DNA of 64,000 nucleotides from Oligoflexia bacterium (GTDB lineage: Bacteria > Bdellovibrionota > UBA1018), in the NCBI GenBank assembly GCA_963758495.1, contig CAVWVI010000001.1, forward strand, positions 192,001-256,000, written 5' to 3'. The first letter of the stretch is position 1. Each line of letters begins with the position of its first letter. Shown here piece by piece: positions 9,336 through 19,219 of this stretch. A program made the translations under genes and the position numbers. The notes beneath the pieces are model-generated. The model saw nothing but the letters and a program-made list of their open reading frames with translations. It did no database searches and was not told the origin of the DNA.

Positions 9336-9566
9336 ATGAACCGCATCTATGTTAATCGGACTGAAGGGCCGCAGAAGAAATATTTTGGTTATGTCCGGCA
9401 AAAAGATCGTTGTGAGGTATACAAACTTTATGACAATGACAAATACTGTACTGTCACCGATCCCAGCCAGATGAATCGATTGGGTGGTTTTGGTCAGGTC
9501 CGAGTGATTAATGACTCCTTAAATGTTCTAAAAGGGTTCACGTATACAGGCAGTTGCGCAGGATAA
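9336..9566 (+). CDS. Small hypothetical protein, possibly a gene fragment
   Basis: 76 aa ORF in a same-strand run; no recognised family. Confidence 0.4.
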   Translation: MNRIYVNRTEGPQKKYFGYVRQKDRCEVYKLYDNDKYCTVTDPSQMNRLGGFGQVRVINDSLNVLKGFTYTGSCAG

Positions 9567-9578
9567 TAGGAAAAACTT

Positions 9579-9842
9579 ATGAAAAACCTTATGAGTTTGC
9601 TTCTTATTTTGAACTCAGTCGCTTTCGCTGGGGAAGGTGGCACAATCACTACGACTATTGGACTCTCTTTGCCTCTTGGTCCTCCTGTGAGCGGTAATCC
9701 GATGAGTGGGATTATCGCTGGTTTGTATAACCGTGGACCTGATCCAGTTGACGCTAATTTCAAAAACGTAAATAATACGATTGCCCAGCAAAGTGCAAAC
9801 ACTGCTCAGATTAACGCTTCTACAAATCAGGCAGATGATTGA
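9579..9842 (+). CDS. Small secreted hypothetical protein, possibly truncated
   Basis: AGGAA RBS; signal peptide MKNLMSLLLILNSVAFA. Confidence 0.5.
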   Translation: MKNLMSLLLILNSVAFAGEGGTITTTIGLSLPLGPPVSGNPMSGIIAGLYNRGPDPVDANFKNVNNTIAQQSANTAQINASTNQADD

Positions 9843-9877
9843 TCTGGATACGGTCTTTATTAGGGAGCTTGATTAAT

Positions 9878-10153
9878 ATGGAAGAAATAAAAGATGACTA
9901 TCTTTACGATGAGCAACACATTTTTAGATTGGTTCCAGATCTAAAGTTGGTTAGCAAAGTAGGACGAGGAATGTTTGAGGAGTCGCTTTATTTTTCAGAA
10001 GAGAAGAAAGTTTATTTTGAAAAAGGAGCGTTTGGGACTCATGATGCTGTTTGTTTCAAAAAAAGTAAAATAAAAGATCTCGAAGAAGCCAGAAAATGGC
10101 TGCAGGATATGACGGAATACTGGAAAAAAACTTGGCCCGGAATACCTGCCTAA
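9878..10153 (+). CDS. Hypothetical protein
   Basis: GGAG upstream of ATG 9878; charged small protein. Confidence 0.5.
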   Translation: MEEIKDDYLYDEQHIFRLVPDLKLVSKVGRGMFEESLYFSEEKKVYFEKGAFGTHDAVCFKKSKIKDLEEARKWLQDMTEYWKKTWPGIPA

Positions 10154-10273
10154 TAATCGACATAAAAATTCATGATCATTCGGGAGAAGGAGATTTAGAC
10201 CCATCGAATGGGAATACCAGTAATTGGGTCCTTACCAGATGATTGCTGAACCAATGAATATTAAAGGTGTAAT

Positions 10274-10783
10274 ATGTTTAAAAAATTATCAGTTATTTTA
10301 TTATTTTGCGTATCGATAAACTCATGGGCCGCATTTGAGCCTAGTCTATTGGGCTTGACCGCTAGCCTTTCTTCGATTGGGTCAGACCCTGGGTTCAAGA
10401 TTGAAGCAGATAGTCCATTCTTCATCAAAGGCCTCTCAGCATTGAACTTGGAGTACGGTCGTTATTTTTCGTCTTTGGCAGGAGGAACCACTTCTTACGG
10501 CATCCTTCAATTAGGCGTAAAAAGTCGCATTTACTCCACAGAGCTCGCCTCAATTTATCTCAAGGGAGGAGGACTTTTTATCAATGGCGATTCCCTTTCC
10601 AGCAGCAGTTTGACCGGCCTTAATTACTCTGCTGGTAGCTATTTCAAGATTCCGGAATCGGTCATCCAATTGCAAGCTGAAATAGGATACAATTACCTGT
10701 TTAGTGGCAATGCAGATAAATTGAATGGTCAATCATTTGCTACGGGTGGTGTAATTTCGGTTGGTTTCGCCTACCCATTCTAA
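10274..10783 (+). CDS. Small outer-membrane beta-barrel protein
   Basis: Signal peptide; amphipathic strands; C-terminal VGFAYPF with terminal Phe. Confidence 0.65.
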   Translation: MFKKLSVILLFCVSINSWAAFEPSLLGLTASLSSIGSDPGFKIEADSPFFIKGLSALNLEYGRYFSSLAGGTTSYGILQLGVKSRIYSTELASIYLKGGGLFINGDSLSSSSLTGLNYSAGSYFKIPESVIQLQAEIGYNYLFSGNADKLNGQSFATGGVISVGFAYPF

Positions 10784-10844
10784 CCAATCCGACTGGATTG
10801 ATTTATAATGGCGCATGACACTTCCTTCAAAATCAATCGCTTTT

Positions 10845-11546
10845 CTAAAGGCGATGAGGAAGGGAGAGGATTTTCGTGCGGATTTTTTCAAACTCTTCCA
10901 TAAACTCATGATTCAATTTCAATAGATGAAAGGTTCTTTCCGCTATTTCATATCCAGCACGAACATCACTAGGAAAATGAACGCCCAATATCATCCGTCC
11001 TCTCCCAATGTCTTCTGCTCGGTGCATGATCTTTTCCTTGCGATTCGGAAAAAGTTCTGAAAGAGCCAGACCTTGAATATAGGCTGCCGCTGCGTGTCCA
11101 CTGGGAAATGAGGTTCCGCGTGCGGCAAGTTTCCCTGCGCAAGGCGCGATTATTTTGGGTTGACGCAAATAGGGTCGAATTCGATTCGTCTTTTCCTTTA
11201 GAAAATGAACAGGTCTATCTACTTCGGTAGAAAGGTAGTTTAAGAAATGTTCCACTATTAAAAATTCAGAGGGAGTAAGAAGCCTACCGGAGTCAGGCCC
11301 AAAAAATGCTTCTGCCGACCAGGTTGCTTCTTTCCTGGCTTTTGCACAGTCGCCGGATGATCGTTCTTGCGTTATTTTTTTTACATCATCAATGTCTTGA
11401 GTTTCATCCAGGGGAACGCGAATATTGTTCAGAATCTGATCATAGTCGGCTTCTGTAATAAATGCAGCCTCTGCACGGGTGATTTGGATAAGCTGGCAGC
11501 TTAATAGTATGAGTATTAGGGCGAAGCCGCCGTTAAATAGTTTCAT
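10845..11546 (-). CDS. PAP2-family (class A) acid phosphatase, exported
   Basis: KxxxxRxRP, SFPSGH and GRMILGVHFPSDV motifs. Confidence 0.9.
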   Translation of the reverse strand: MKLFNGGFALILILLSCQLIQITRAEAAFITEADYDQILNNIRVPLDETQDIDDVKKITQERSSGDCAKARKEATWSAEAFFGPDSGRLLTPSEFLIVEHFLNYLSTEVDRPVHFLKEKTNRIRPYLRQPKIIAPCAGKLAARGTSFPSGHAAAAYIQGLALSELFPNRKEKIMHRAEDIGRGRMILGVHFPSDVRAGYEIAERTFHLLKLNHEFMEEFEKIRTKILSLPHRL

Positions 11547-11556
11547 TAAATCCCCC

Positions 11557-12654
11557 TTACTTCACCTTTTTCTTTAATGTCATTTTCTTGTGCCCGAGCC
11601 CAAGCTCTCCACTCAGTTGATTCAGATGATCCCCATTCTGTTTGTCCTGAATCTGATTCCGCTGCATACTTTCTATGAAATCCAGCACGATGGATCTTCC
11701 CAACTTCTTGTAACCTTTTAGGATCTTCTTGAATTCATTCTTGAGATCGGTGAATTTCTTTTCGGTCCATAGCTGATGCAGAGTTTTCCATAAAACCATT
11801 CGTTCATGGAAACGATCCAGCTGGGAGCTCTGAGAAATGAAAGCCTTAATGTCTTTCATTCGATTCAAAGCCTTTGCTTTGTCAACCTGCCCTCCCAAGA
11901 TCCCGTCGGATACCGTAGGAGACATCGGGGTCCATATTCCCGATTTGTCCTTTTCGAAATGGTCTCCTGAATGAAAAAACATGGGAAAATTTTCAAACTT
12001 ACCCACCAAATTCCATTTCAGTATGGAAGGGTCAACATTTTCGAAGAAAGGAATGAAGGAGGTCAGGAACACTCGAGTCGAAGGAATTTCAGGATTGTTC
12101 GAGCAGAGTAAGTGAGTCTTGAATTGATCTGCATACTCTTTGGAATACAAATTGATAATTTTCGCTGAAGCGGAGCCGGTGAATCCCGTATCCACAAATA
12201 AGAAGTGCTGTTTTCTCTTAAGAGCACTTTCTGAAATACCTTCTTGCTCCAGGTAATTCTTCATATTCGGATCTTTTAGAATGGAGCTGGATGTGAGGAT
12301 CAGGTGAATCCTGGCTTCATCAGGAGTACTGGAAGTGAGTGTAATGGCCGTATCATAAAGAAACTCCGCATCCCGACCCATAAAATAAATTGAATAATCC
12401 GGGTAAATGCAGAGGATCTCCGCAACTGCTTCCAAAGAGCCTAGCTTTAGCCCTTCTGACTCCACATGACTGAGAGAGCCCCAGTGCTCATTCTCGCTGG
12501 TGCTTGAGTCGGAATGATCTGAACTCAGAGGGATATTGCGAATGTCAGGACGTCCTGAGTAGGCCTCAAACACAGGGAATCCAGCGCAAATCGGATTGGC
12601 TACAAATAGTAACGCGAACAAAAGAATAGTAACCTTTGGGCAGAATGGTTTCAT
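11557..12654 (-). CDS. Secreted hypothetical protein with a PRTase-like motif
   Basis: Signal peptide; FMGRDAEFLY and FVDTGFTGS motifs. Confidence 0.55.
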   Translation of the reverse strand: MKPFCPKVTILLFALLFVANPICAGFPVFEAYSGRPDIRNIPLSSDHSDSSTSENEHWGSLSHVESEGLKLGSLEAVAEILCIYPDYSIYFMGRDAEFLYDTAITLTSSTPDEARIHLILTSSSILKDPNMKNYLEQEGISESALKRKQHFLFVDTGFTGSASAKIINLYSKEYADQFKTHLLCSNNPEIPSTRVFLTSFIPFFENVDPSILKWNLVGKFENFPMFFHSGDHFEKDKSGIWTPMSPTVSDGILGGQVDKAKALNRMKDIKAFISQSSQLDRFHERMVLWKTLHQLWTEKKFTDLKNEFKKILKGYKKLGRSIVLDFIESMQRNQIQDKQNGDHLNQLSGELGLGHKKMTLKKKVK

Positions 12655-12832
12655 TCTAAATTAAGTATACGTGGGTTTTCGTATACCAGGCAACTATTCC
12701 TCCAACGACCTTTCTGCTTTCCTATGCCCCGCGTTTTGGGGAAGACCCTGATTTTCTCAAAGATCTCAGCTGCTTATTTACTTTTAAAATTAATTTCTTA
12801 AGAACTTTTCCGGAAACTTCCGGAACTTAAAT

Positions 12833-12921
12833 TGGTGCCGAGGACCAGAATCGAACTGGTACGGCCCTTTCGAACCGCAGGATTTTAAGTCCTGTGCGTC
12901 TACCTATTTCGCCACCCCGGC
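12833..12921 (-). tRNA. tRNA-Leu (anticodon TAA)
   Basis: Cloverleaf with long variable arm, CAGGA-CTTAAAA-TCCTG anticodon arm, GTTCGA T-loop, encoded CCA. Confidence 0.95.
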
Positions 12922-13045
12922 AGATGACTTAACGTTTGATAGAACCTCTCATATCATGGTCTCTGGCTTTTCAAACGACTTTTTTACCAATTTTTGGCGA
13001 AAAGGGCTGGAGCCGACCCCGACACCTATTGACTGGGAACCCTGC

Positions 13046-15382
13046 TTATTTGCTCTCCATCTCAAAGCTACCATCCCAATCTAGAGCAGGAGGACTCTCC
13101 TGATAGTGTCGGCATCGATCCAAATAGATTTCGCAGGGACCATCGGGAACTTCCTGATTCGAAGCCAAGAGTCGATTCGCCGCCTCAAAAGTTTGAATGG
13201 CTTCAGTCCACTTACGCAATCGATAGAAGCCCCGTCCTTCTGCAAAGAGCTTGAGTCCTTCAGCTGAATATTCTTTTTCGAAGAGCTGAACTAACTCGAC
13301 TGCGATTTTTTTACCTTTAACTTTCACTTCATCCAAAACTCGGTGCGGTAATACTTCATGATTCGACTTCTGGATCGAGTCCAAAGTAAACCGGGTCGTT
13401 ACAATGGCTACCCCATATTTTTTTGTCATCCCTTCCACACGAGATGCAAGATTAACGTGATCTCCAATTACGGTATACTCAAAGTTTTGTTCCGAACCCA
13501 TGTTGCCCACATTGACGACGCCAGAATTAATTCCAATCCCAATATTCACTTCAATTCCATATTGAGACTTAAAACGTGCCGCATTACTTTCCAAAGCCTT
13601 CATCATTTCAACTGCTGCTTTGCAAGCATTTAACGCATGAACAGACTGAGGCAAAGGGGCACCCCAAAAAGCCATCACAGCGTCACCAATATATTTATCC
13701 AATGTTCCTTGATGCTGAAAGACAATGCCCGTCATAATTCCAAGATAGTCATTCAGAAAGGAAGCTAAAGCTTTCGCATCCATTTTTTCAGAAAAGGTCG
13801 TAAAACCCCGAATATCAGAAAACAGAATAGTCAATTCTCGTTTCTCACCTCCTAAGGAAAGCTTAGTAGGATCTTTCAGAATTGAATCCACCACTTCGGG
13901 GGTAACATATTTTGCAAACGCCCCCCGAATGAATTTTTTATTTCTTTCTTCGATGATGTATTTACCAGCTAAAGTCAGGATAAATACCGTACCCATTTCC
14001 AAATAAAGGAATGAGGTATTTAAATTATAATTGTTTGTAAATAAATATTTAAAATCTAAATACCAGAGACTTGAAAAAGATCCTGCAAAGAGAACCAAAG
14101 CAGGTACAGCATCCAGTCGCTCAACACCAAAAGCAAATAGACTCACTCCCACAATCATAAAGAAAAGGACCAAAAACGACCCATTCCCACTTGCCCCTGG
14201 AATCAGTGGGTCACCAGATAAAATATTATCCAAAATATTGGCATGTCCATCCACGCCGGGCGCATTAGATTCAAAGGGAAATTGCCTCATATCGTAAACA
14301 CCGATTGCTGAAAGACCAATGATTACATAGGCATCTTTTAAAACTGCTGCCTTGGATAAACCCGTAAGTTTCTGATTGAGTGGGTCTTCAATCGTATCTT
14401 TATCACTCACAATGTCCAGTGCCGGCACATGGGGAAACATGACACTTGGACCTCGAAAATTAATTTGAAGCGCACCCAAAGGTGTAACAGGAATGGTCTT
14501 CCCTGAAGATGCAAATCCTAGGGTCTTCACTCGAGCAGTATCGTCCAACGTGACCTGCAATTTTTCATTCAACCCCACTCGTGCCATATCTAAGGGCAAT
14601 GAAGGATGAGGCTTGCCGTTTGCAAAAACCAAAAGACTGGTGCGCCGGATATATCCATCCGAATCTAGAAAAGCATTTAAGAAACCAGAGTATTGTGCCG
14701 CTGCACTATACTCTTGAATATTTGTAATGGGCGTTACAAAGGAAACAATGGGAGTTCGAGTCGGATTAAAATTTTTGGCACTGAATTGATCAAAAGAAAA
14801 TTTATCAAATCCAGGAGGAAATTGACTGATTGCTCCAGGGTCAGTCACAGGACAAAACTGCGGCTCCTCATAGAGCGGTTGACATTGAAGTTCCGTTACC
14901 CAACCCAGTACTAGACGATTCCTATAACGACGAATGACTTCTTCGAGCTGATGATCGGTCTCGAATTTGGTGATCACGTCGTCGCTTATTTTTCCTTGTT
15001 TTAGAAGCTGCCTTAAGTCCTGCGGCACTCGAACGTCTGCTTCTGAAAAGATCATATCTAGACCTACAACCTTGGCACCCGCTTGAAAGGTCTTCTCAAT
15101 CAAATAGGCCATCACATCTCGATGCCAGGGCCATCGCCCCAAGGTCTCCAAAGCAGGACTATCAATATCCACTACGACCACTTTATTTTTAGGGGAGATG
15201 GGGCCACGCGTTTTAAACTTTAAATCTGTCATGACATTGGTAGCACGACTGAGTGCAGGAAAAACTTTTTCCCGCATGAAAGCATTTTCTAAATCGCCTC
15301 GAACACCCAGCTCAGTCACCCAAAAACAAAGGGAAAAGAACGTTACGACGGGTAGCTGTATTAACCAAAGCTTTTTCTTCAT
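13046..15382 (-). CDS. CHASE2-domain class III adenylate/guanylate cyclase
   Basis: LGRWPWHR, DSDGYIRR, ILFSDIRGFT, DKYIGDAVMA, YTVIGDHVNLASRVEG. Confidence 0.95.
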   Translation of the reverse strand: MKKKLWLIQLPVVTFFSLCFWVTELGVRGDLENAFMREKVFPALSRATNVMTDLKFKTRGPISPKNKVVVVDIDSPALETLGRWPWHRDVMAYLIEKTFQAGAKVVGLDMIFSEADVRVPQDLRQLLKQGKISDDVITKFETDHQLEEVIRRYRNRLVLGWVTELQCQPLYEEPQFCPVTDPGAISQFPPGFDKFSFDQFSAKNFNPTRTPIVSFVTPITNIQEYSAAAQYSGFLNAFLDSDGYIRRTSLLVFANGKPHPSLPLDMARVGLNEKLQVTLDDTARVKTLGFASSGKTIPVTPLGALQINFRGPSVMFPHVPALDIVSDKDTIEDPLNQKLTGLSKAAVLKDAYVIIGLSAIGVYDMRQFPFESNAPGVDGHANILDNILSGDPLIPGASGNGSFLVLFFMIVGVSLFAFGVERLDAVPALVLFAGSFSSLWYLDFKYLFTNNYNLNTSFLYLEMGTVFILTLAGKYIIEERNKKFIRGAFAKYVTPEVVDSILKDPTKLSLGGEKRELTILFSDIRGFTTFSEKMDAKALASFLNDYLGIMTGIVFQHQGTLDKYIGDAVMAFWGAPLPQSVHALNACKAAVEMMKALESNAARFKSQYGIEVNIGIGINSGVVNVGNMGSEQNFEYTVIGDHVNLASRVEGMTKKYGVAIVTTRFTLDSIQKSNHEVLPHRVLDEVKVKGKKIAVELVQLFEKEYSAEGLKLFAEGRGFYRLRKWTEAIQTFEAANRLLASNQEVPDGPCEIYLDRCRHYQESPPALDWDGSFEMESK

Positions 15383-15417
15383 TCTGATGAGTAAGCAGTT
15401 CCTTTAGGGTTGTTGAC

Positions 15418-15489
15418 AAGCACTGTAAGGAGTCTTGTTACGCCGTAAAGATTTGGATTCCCGGCGCAACAAGACTCCTTACAGTGCTT
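15418..15489. repeat. Long palindrome: 28-bp arms (1 mismatch) and a 16-nt loop; REP/MITE-like
   Basis: AAGCACTGTAAGGAGTCTTGTTACGCCG ... CGGCGCAACAAGACTCCTTACAGTGCTT. Confidence 0.9.
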
Positions 15490-15493
15490 ACGA

Positions 15494-17554
15494 TTAAAGC
15501 CGCATTTCAAGACTCGAGTAAACTGCTCTTCCTGGTCCGCCTGGCATAGTATTCACTCCGGGAGTATAATAAGTTGGAACATAATAGGCAGCATCCAATA
15601 GATTGGTTCCATATAAGGCCAGTTTCATATCAGGTGTAGAGCTACTCAAGGAAAGAAGCTGTTTCAAATTCAATGTCACATTTGCCGTTAAGAGATTATA
15701 GGCAGTTGATGCAGGATTTGTGACCAAATTGGCTGGAAAAGCAATCGCGTTACTCCCGTAAGCAGTGATATAGGAATCAAACACGCCCAGAGAAACTGAC
15801 TTCAGCTCATACCCCACTCCCGCCTTTGCGATCCAAGAGGGTGTGAACGAGACCCCGGTATTGCCATTTCCATCATTACTTTCTTGATAGGTAAGAGAAC
15901 CTAGAAAATAAATATTACTGGTAGGTAAATATTTGGATTCTAATTCCATGCCCATTAAATTTAACTGCTGTGAATTATAATAAGACCTGTTAGTCGCACT
16001 TCCTATTTGTGGTTCTTGAACAATTAAGCTGGACTGATGACTATAGAAAAAACCGAGAGAGGATTGAAAACTGGGGTGATTATAAAAGAATTGAAGGTCT
16101 GCTGTATCGATGAATTCAGGAGATAAACTGGGATTACCTACCACATTGATACCACCTCCCAGCGGGATACTTGCATCTGTTTGAGGAGGTGTAGGAGCAT
16201 TAAATGCTTGTCCATAGAGTGCCTTGAGTCCGAATTCAGGTGTAAAATGAGCCACAGCACCTAAACGTGGCACAAAGGAACCTGTATAAGGGGTTTGATT
16301 GAATTGAGCGCCCGCAATCAATTTAAGACCAGGGGTGAGCTGGTAGTCGAGCTGAGAATAAACAGCATACCAATATTGGACCCAGGCTAGATTCAAGTTG
16401 TCTATTTCACCTGACATTCTGTTGATGACCACTCCTGAAACCAAATTTAAGTTGTCTATCAACTTTCCTCGAACGGTGGTTTCCCATCGACTATCGTTCG
16501 TTCTATATTGATTGATAGCAGTGGGATACCCGAGAGGTTGATTGACTGATGACTTCAAGAGTAAGTCTGTGTATCCCCCGACATTGGAAATATGTGTTTC
16601 TAAGTTCCAATTTTGAGCTAGGTCTAATTTATAACCTAAATCCAAAAAGAATTTAGTATTACTGATCCATCCCGCAGCTCCATCCGTAGGAAGTCTCCAG
16701 TCGTATTGATTCGTGTGGCCGTAAAAAGTAGAAAGCTCCAGATTCTTATAAGCAGCGGTGGTGGTGAACCCTACGTTTCCATGTTGGTAGGCATTCCCTG
16801 AAACATTGTGTCCGGTTACAGAGTTAGCGCTTAATAGCCAGCCGTCTGTGTCTAAATATTTCAAGGCACTACTCACTCTTAAACCCGTTTCATCTGACTG
16901 AAAGTTTGAATAAGCTTCCACTGCTTTCGTATTAAAAGTGCCGTATTTGGGCGCAACCGATAAATGAACCCCTTGATCCTTTTTAGTGATAATATTGATC
17001 ACACCAGAGTATGCATTGGTGCCGTAGAGGACTGAGCCGGGTCCTTTTACAATTTCTATCTGCTGAATGGCTGAAATTGGAAAAGAAGAATAAATAGCTT
17101 GATTATAGGCTCCTACATAACTATCTCGATTGATAGGATTCCCATCCATCAGGACAAGCATATGAGTATCGAATCCTCGGGGGGTATCTCCACGAACCAG
17201 AATGGTATTATTATTGGTGAAGGTCTCATAGATAGGTAAAACACTTGCGACACGGGAAAGTAACTCCGTCAAATCATTTGCACCAAATAATTCTATTTCA
17301 TGTGCTGTAATAACGGACACGACTCCGGGGGCGTCATAAGAGTTCTCGACTCGCTTAGAAGAAGTCGTTACATTAAGATTCATAAGATCTTCTAAGCTGA
17401 GATCCGACACACTCCCTTTACCAGCTGGAGGAATCAATACATCCGAACTCTCGATTTTATCGTTTGCCCCAGCAAAATGAACGCTGGAAAATACAAGCAA
17501 ACAAAAAATAAACAATGAAAAACCTTTGCGAATAAGGCCCAAGAAATGACACAT
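15494..17554 (-). CDS. TonB-dependent outer-membrane receptor
   Basis: LSLEDLMNLNVTTSSK, plug motif IEIVKGPGSVLYGTNAYSGVINIITK, C-terminal PGRAVY strand; start uncertain (17554 or 17593). Confidence 0.9.
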   Translation of the reverse strand: MCHFLGLIRKGFSLFIFCLLVFSSVHFAGANDKIESSDVLIPPAGKGSVSDLSLEDLMNLNVTTSSKRVENSYDAPGVVSVITAHEIELFGANDLTELLSRVASVLPIYETFTNNNTILVRGDTPRGFDTHMLVLMDGNPINRDSYVGAYNQAIYSSFPISAIQQIEIVKGPGSVLYGTNAYSGVINIITKKDQGVHLSVAPKYGTFNTKAVEAYSNFQSDETGLRVSSALKYLDTDGWLLSANSVTGHNVSGNAYQHGNVGFTTTAAYKNLELSTFYGHTNQYDWRLPTDGAAGWISNTKFFLDLGYKLDLAQNWNLETHISNVGGYTDLLLKSSVNQPLGYPTAINQYRTNDSRWETTVRGKLIDNLNLVSGVVINRMSGEIDNLNLAWVQYWYAVYSQLDYQLTPGLKLIAGAQFNQTPYTGSFVPRLGAVAHFTPEFGLKALYGQAFNAPTPPQTDASIPLGGGINVVGNPSLSPEFIDTADLQFFYNHPSFQSSLGFFYSHQSSLIVQEPQIGSATNRSYYNSQQLNLMGMELESKYLPTSNIYFLGSLTYQESNDGNGNTGVSFTPSWIAKAGVGYELKSVSLGVFDSYITAYGSNAIAFPANLVTNPASTAYNLLTANVTLNLKQLLSLSSSTPDMKLALYGTNLLDAAYYVPTYYTPGVNTMPGGPGRAVYSSLEMRL

Positions 17555-17726
17555 AACATCCCCCCAAATTATAATACTCATAATTCGTATCAATAATATT
17601 TTCTATTATTTAGAGGATAAGCTTATGGGTCTTTTTATAAGTCGTCAAATAATAATAATAATAACCCTGACAGGAGAGTTAAACCGTAAGCACTCAAGGA
17701 ACTACTTACTTAAGCCCATCCTAAAA

Positions 17727-19070
17727 TCAGTGGGATACTTCTCGGACAACAATCCCAAAAGACTTGGACCCTAAATGATTCGCCACTCCTGGTTTTATAA
17801 CTGAGGACAGAGGAGTTATGGATTTAGGTTGAGCTTGAGACTTCACCTGAGGCTTAAATGAATGCTTAGACTTAGACTTAGGCTGAGGCTTAGGTTGAGA
17901 CTTAGGCTTGAAAACCGTAGGTTGACTCGACCTAGATTGAGTAGGCATAGATGGATACTCTTTATTCTCTATCAGTTTGACATGAGTAGTCTTCTCAATC
18001 AGTCTAGAAATATCCTTCCATAAACCCCTTTCCTCCGGGGTCACGAGAGATACTGCTTCGCCCTCTCGATCGGCCCTTGCGGTACGACCGATACGATGAA
18101 CATAATCCTCAGGCACTTGCGGCAAATCATAGTTAATAACATGGGCAATATGAGCAACGTCGATTCCTCTGGCTGCGATATCGGTGGCTACTAAAATTCT
18201 GAATTTTCCATCTTTAAAACCTGCAAGTGCTAAATTTCGCTGCCCCTGACTTCGCCCTCCATGAATCCGACTTACTTTATGGCCATATCCTGTTAGAAAA
18301 TGAGCCACACGATCCGTTCGAGCCTTAGTGCGGGTAAAAATTAAAACAGATCCTTGTCTTAAGTTCAGCTCATCCATCAAAACATCATTCTTTTTTGTGA
18401 CTGTTGTATGCACTATGGATTGAACGATTTTCTTAGCAGGTTGCGAAATAGCACCTACTGTTACACGAATAGGATTTCTAAGATATTTTCCTGCTAGTTT
18501 TTGAATATCAGGAGGAAGAGTTGCCGAGAAAAGCAAAGTTTGTCTGTCCTTCGGTAAAAATCTTAAAATTTGATTGAGTTGCGGAGCAAATCCCATATCT
18601 AACATTCGGTCGGCCTCATCTAAGACCAAAATCTCTGTATTCATCAAAGCGAGGCTTCTTCGACTCAGGTGATCCACCAAGCGTCCAGGTGTTGCAACAA
18701 TAATTCTAGGCTGTCTTGAGATACTTTTGAGCTGAGACTTCATCGAAGTCCCACCTATCAGAAGCACACTCTTGAGTTCAGGTGTAAAATAAGTCAGCTT
18801 CACTAAAACTTCTTGAATCTGGGCTGCCAATTCGCGAGTAGGCACTAAAATCAATGCAGTTTTACCAGGAGTTTTAAGTAACTTAACAATGATAGGTAAA
18901 CTGAATGCTGCTGTTTTGCCTGTTCCAGTCTGCGCACACCCGATTAAATCTTGATCCGAAAATACCACAGGGATAGCCTGAGCTTGAATAGGTGTAGGCT
19001 TCTCAAACCCCATCTTCATGAGTGCTTTATCTAAAGCTTGCGGCAACTGTAACTCTTTAAAACTTTGCAG
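17727..19070 (-). CDS. DEAD-box RNA helicase (RhlE-like); probable CTG start
   Basis: PTPIQ, AQTGTGKT, PTRELA, DEAD, SAT, ARGID, HRIGRT; AGGAG 5 nt upstream of CTG at 19070. Confidence 0.93.
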   Translation of the reverse strand: MQSFKELQLPQALDKALMKMGFEKPTPIQAQAIPVVFSDQDLIGCAQTGTGKTAAFSLPIIVKLLKTPGKTALILVPTRELAAQIQEVLVKLTYFTPELKSVLLIGGTSMKSQLKSISRQPRIIVATPGRLVDHLSRRSLALMNTEILVLDEADRMLDMGFAPQLNQILRFLPKDRQTLLFSATLPPDIQKLAGKYLRNPIRVTVGAISQPAKKIVQSIVHTTVTKKNDVLMDELNLRQGSVLIFTRTKARTDRVAHFLTGYGHKVSRIHGGRSQGQRNLALAGFKDGKFRILVATDIAARGIDVAHIAHVINYDLPQVPEDYVHRIGRTARADREGEAVSLVTPEERGLWKDISRLIEKTTHVKLIENKEYPSMPTQSRSSQPTVFKPKSQPKPQPKSKSKHSFKPQVKSQAQPKSITPLSSVIKPGVANHLGSKSFGIVVREVSH

Positions 19071-19132
19071 AAAAACTCCTGTACATCATATCATTATAAG
19101 AAATATTTTTATGTTTAAATTTGAAACCATCT

Positions 19133-19163
19133 AAGAATGTCCCGTGTTTACGCGGGAGTTCTT
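19133..19163. promoter_or_regulatory. Hairpin between the metalloprotease and helicase genes (terminator or 5'UTR structure)
   Basis: AAGAA..TCCCGTG-TTTA-CGCGGGA.TTCTT. Confidence 0.35.
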
Positions 19164-19219
19164 TAATTTTTACACAATAACATACTACGTCAGAGATAGA
19201 TATTAAAAATACACATGAT

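Noticed and set aside
8588..12921. Intact prophage or integrative element at tRNA-Leu (same check done at tRNA-Ala)
   Set aside because: No integrase, phage genes or duplicated tRNA 3' end found by eye.
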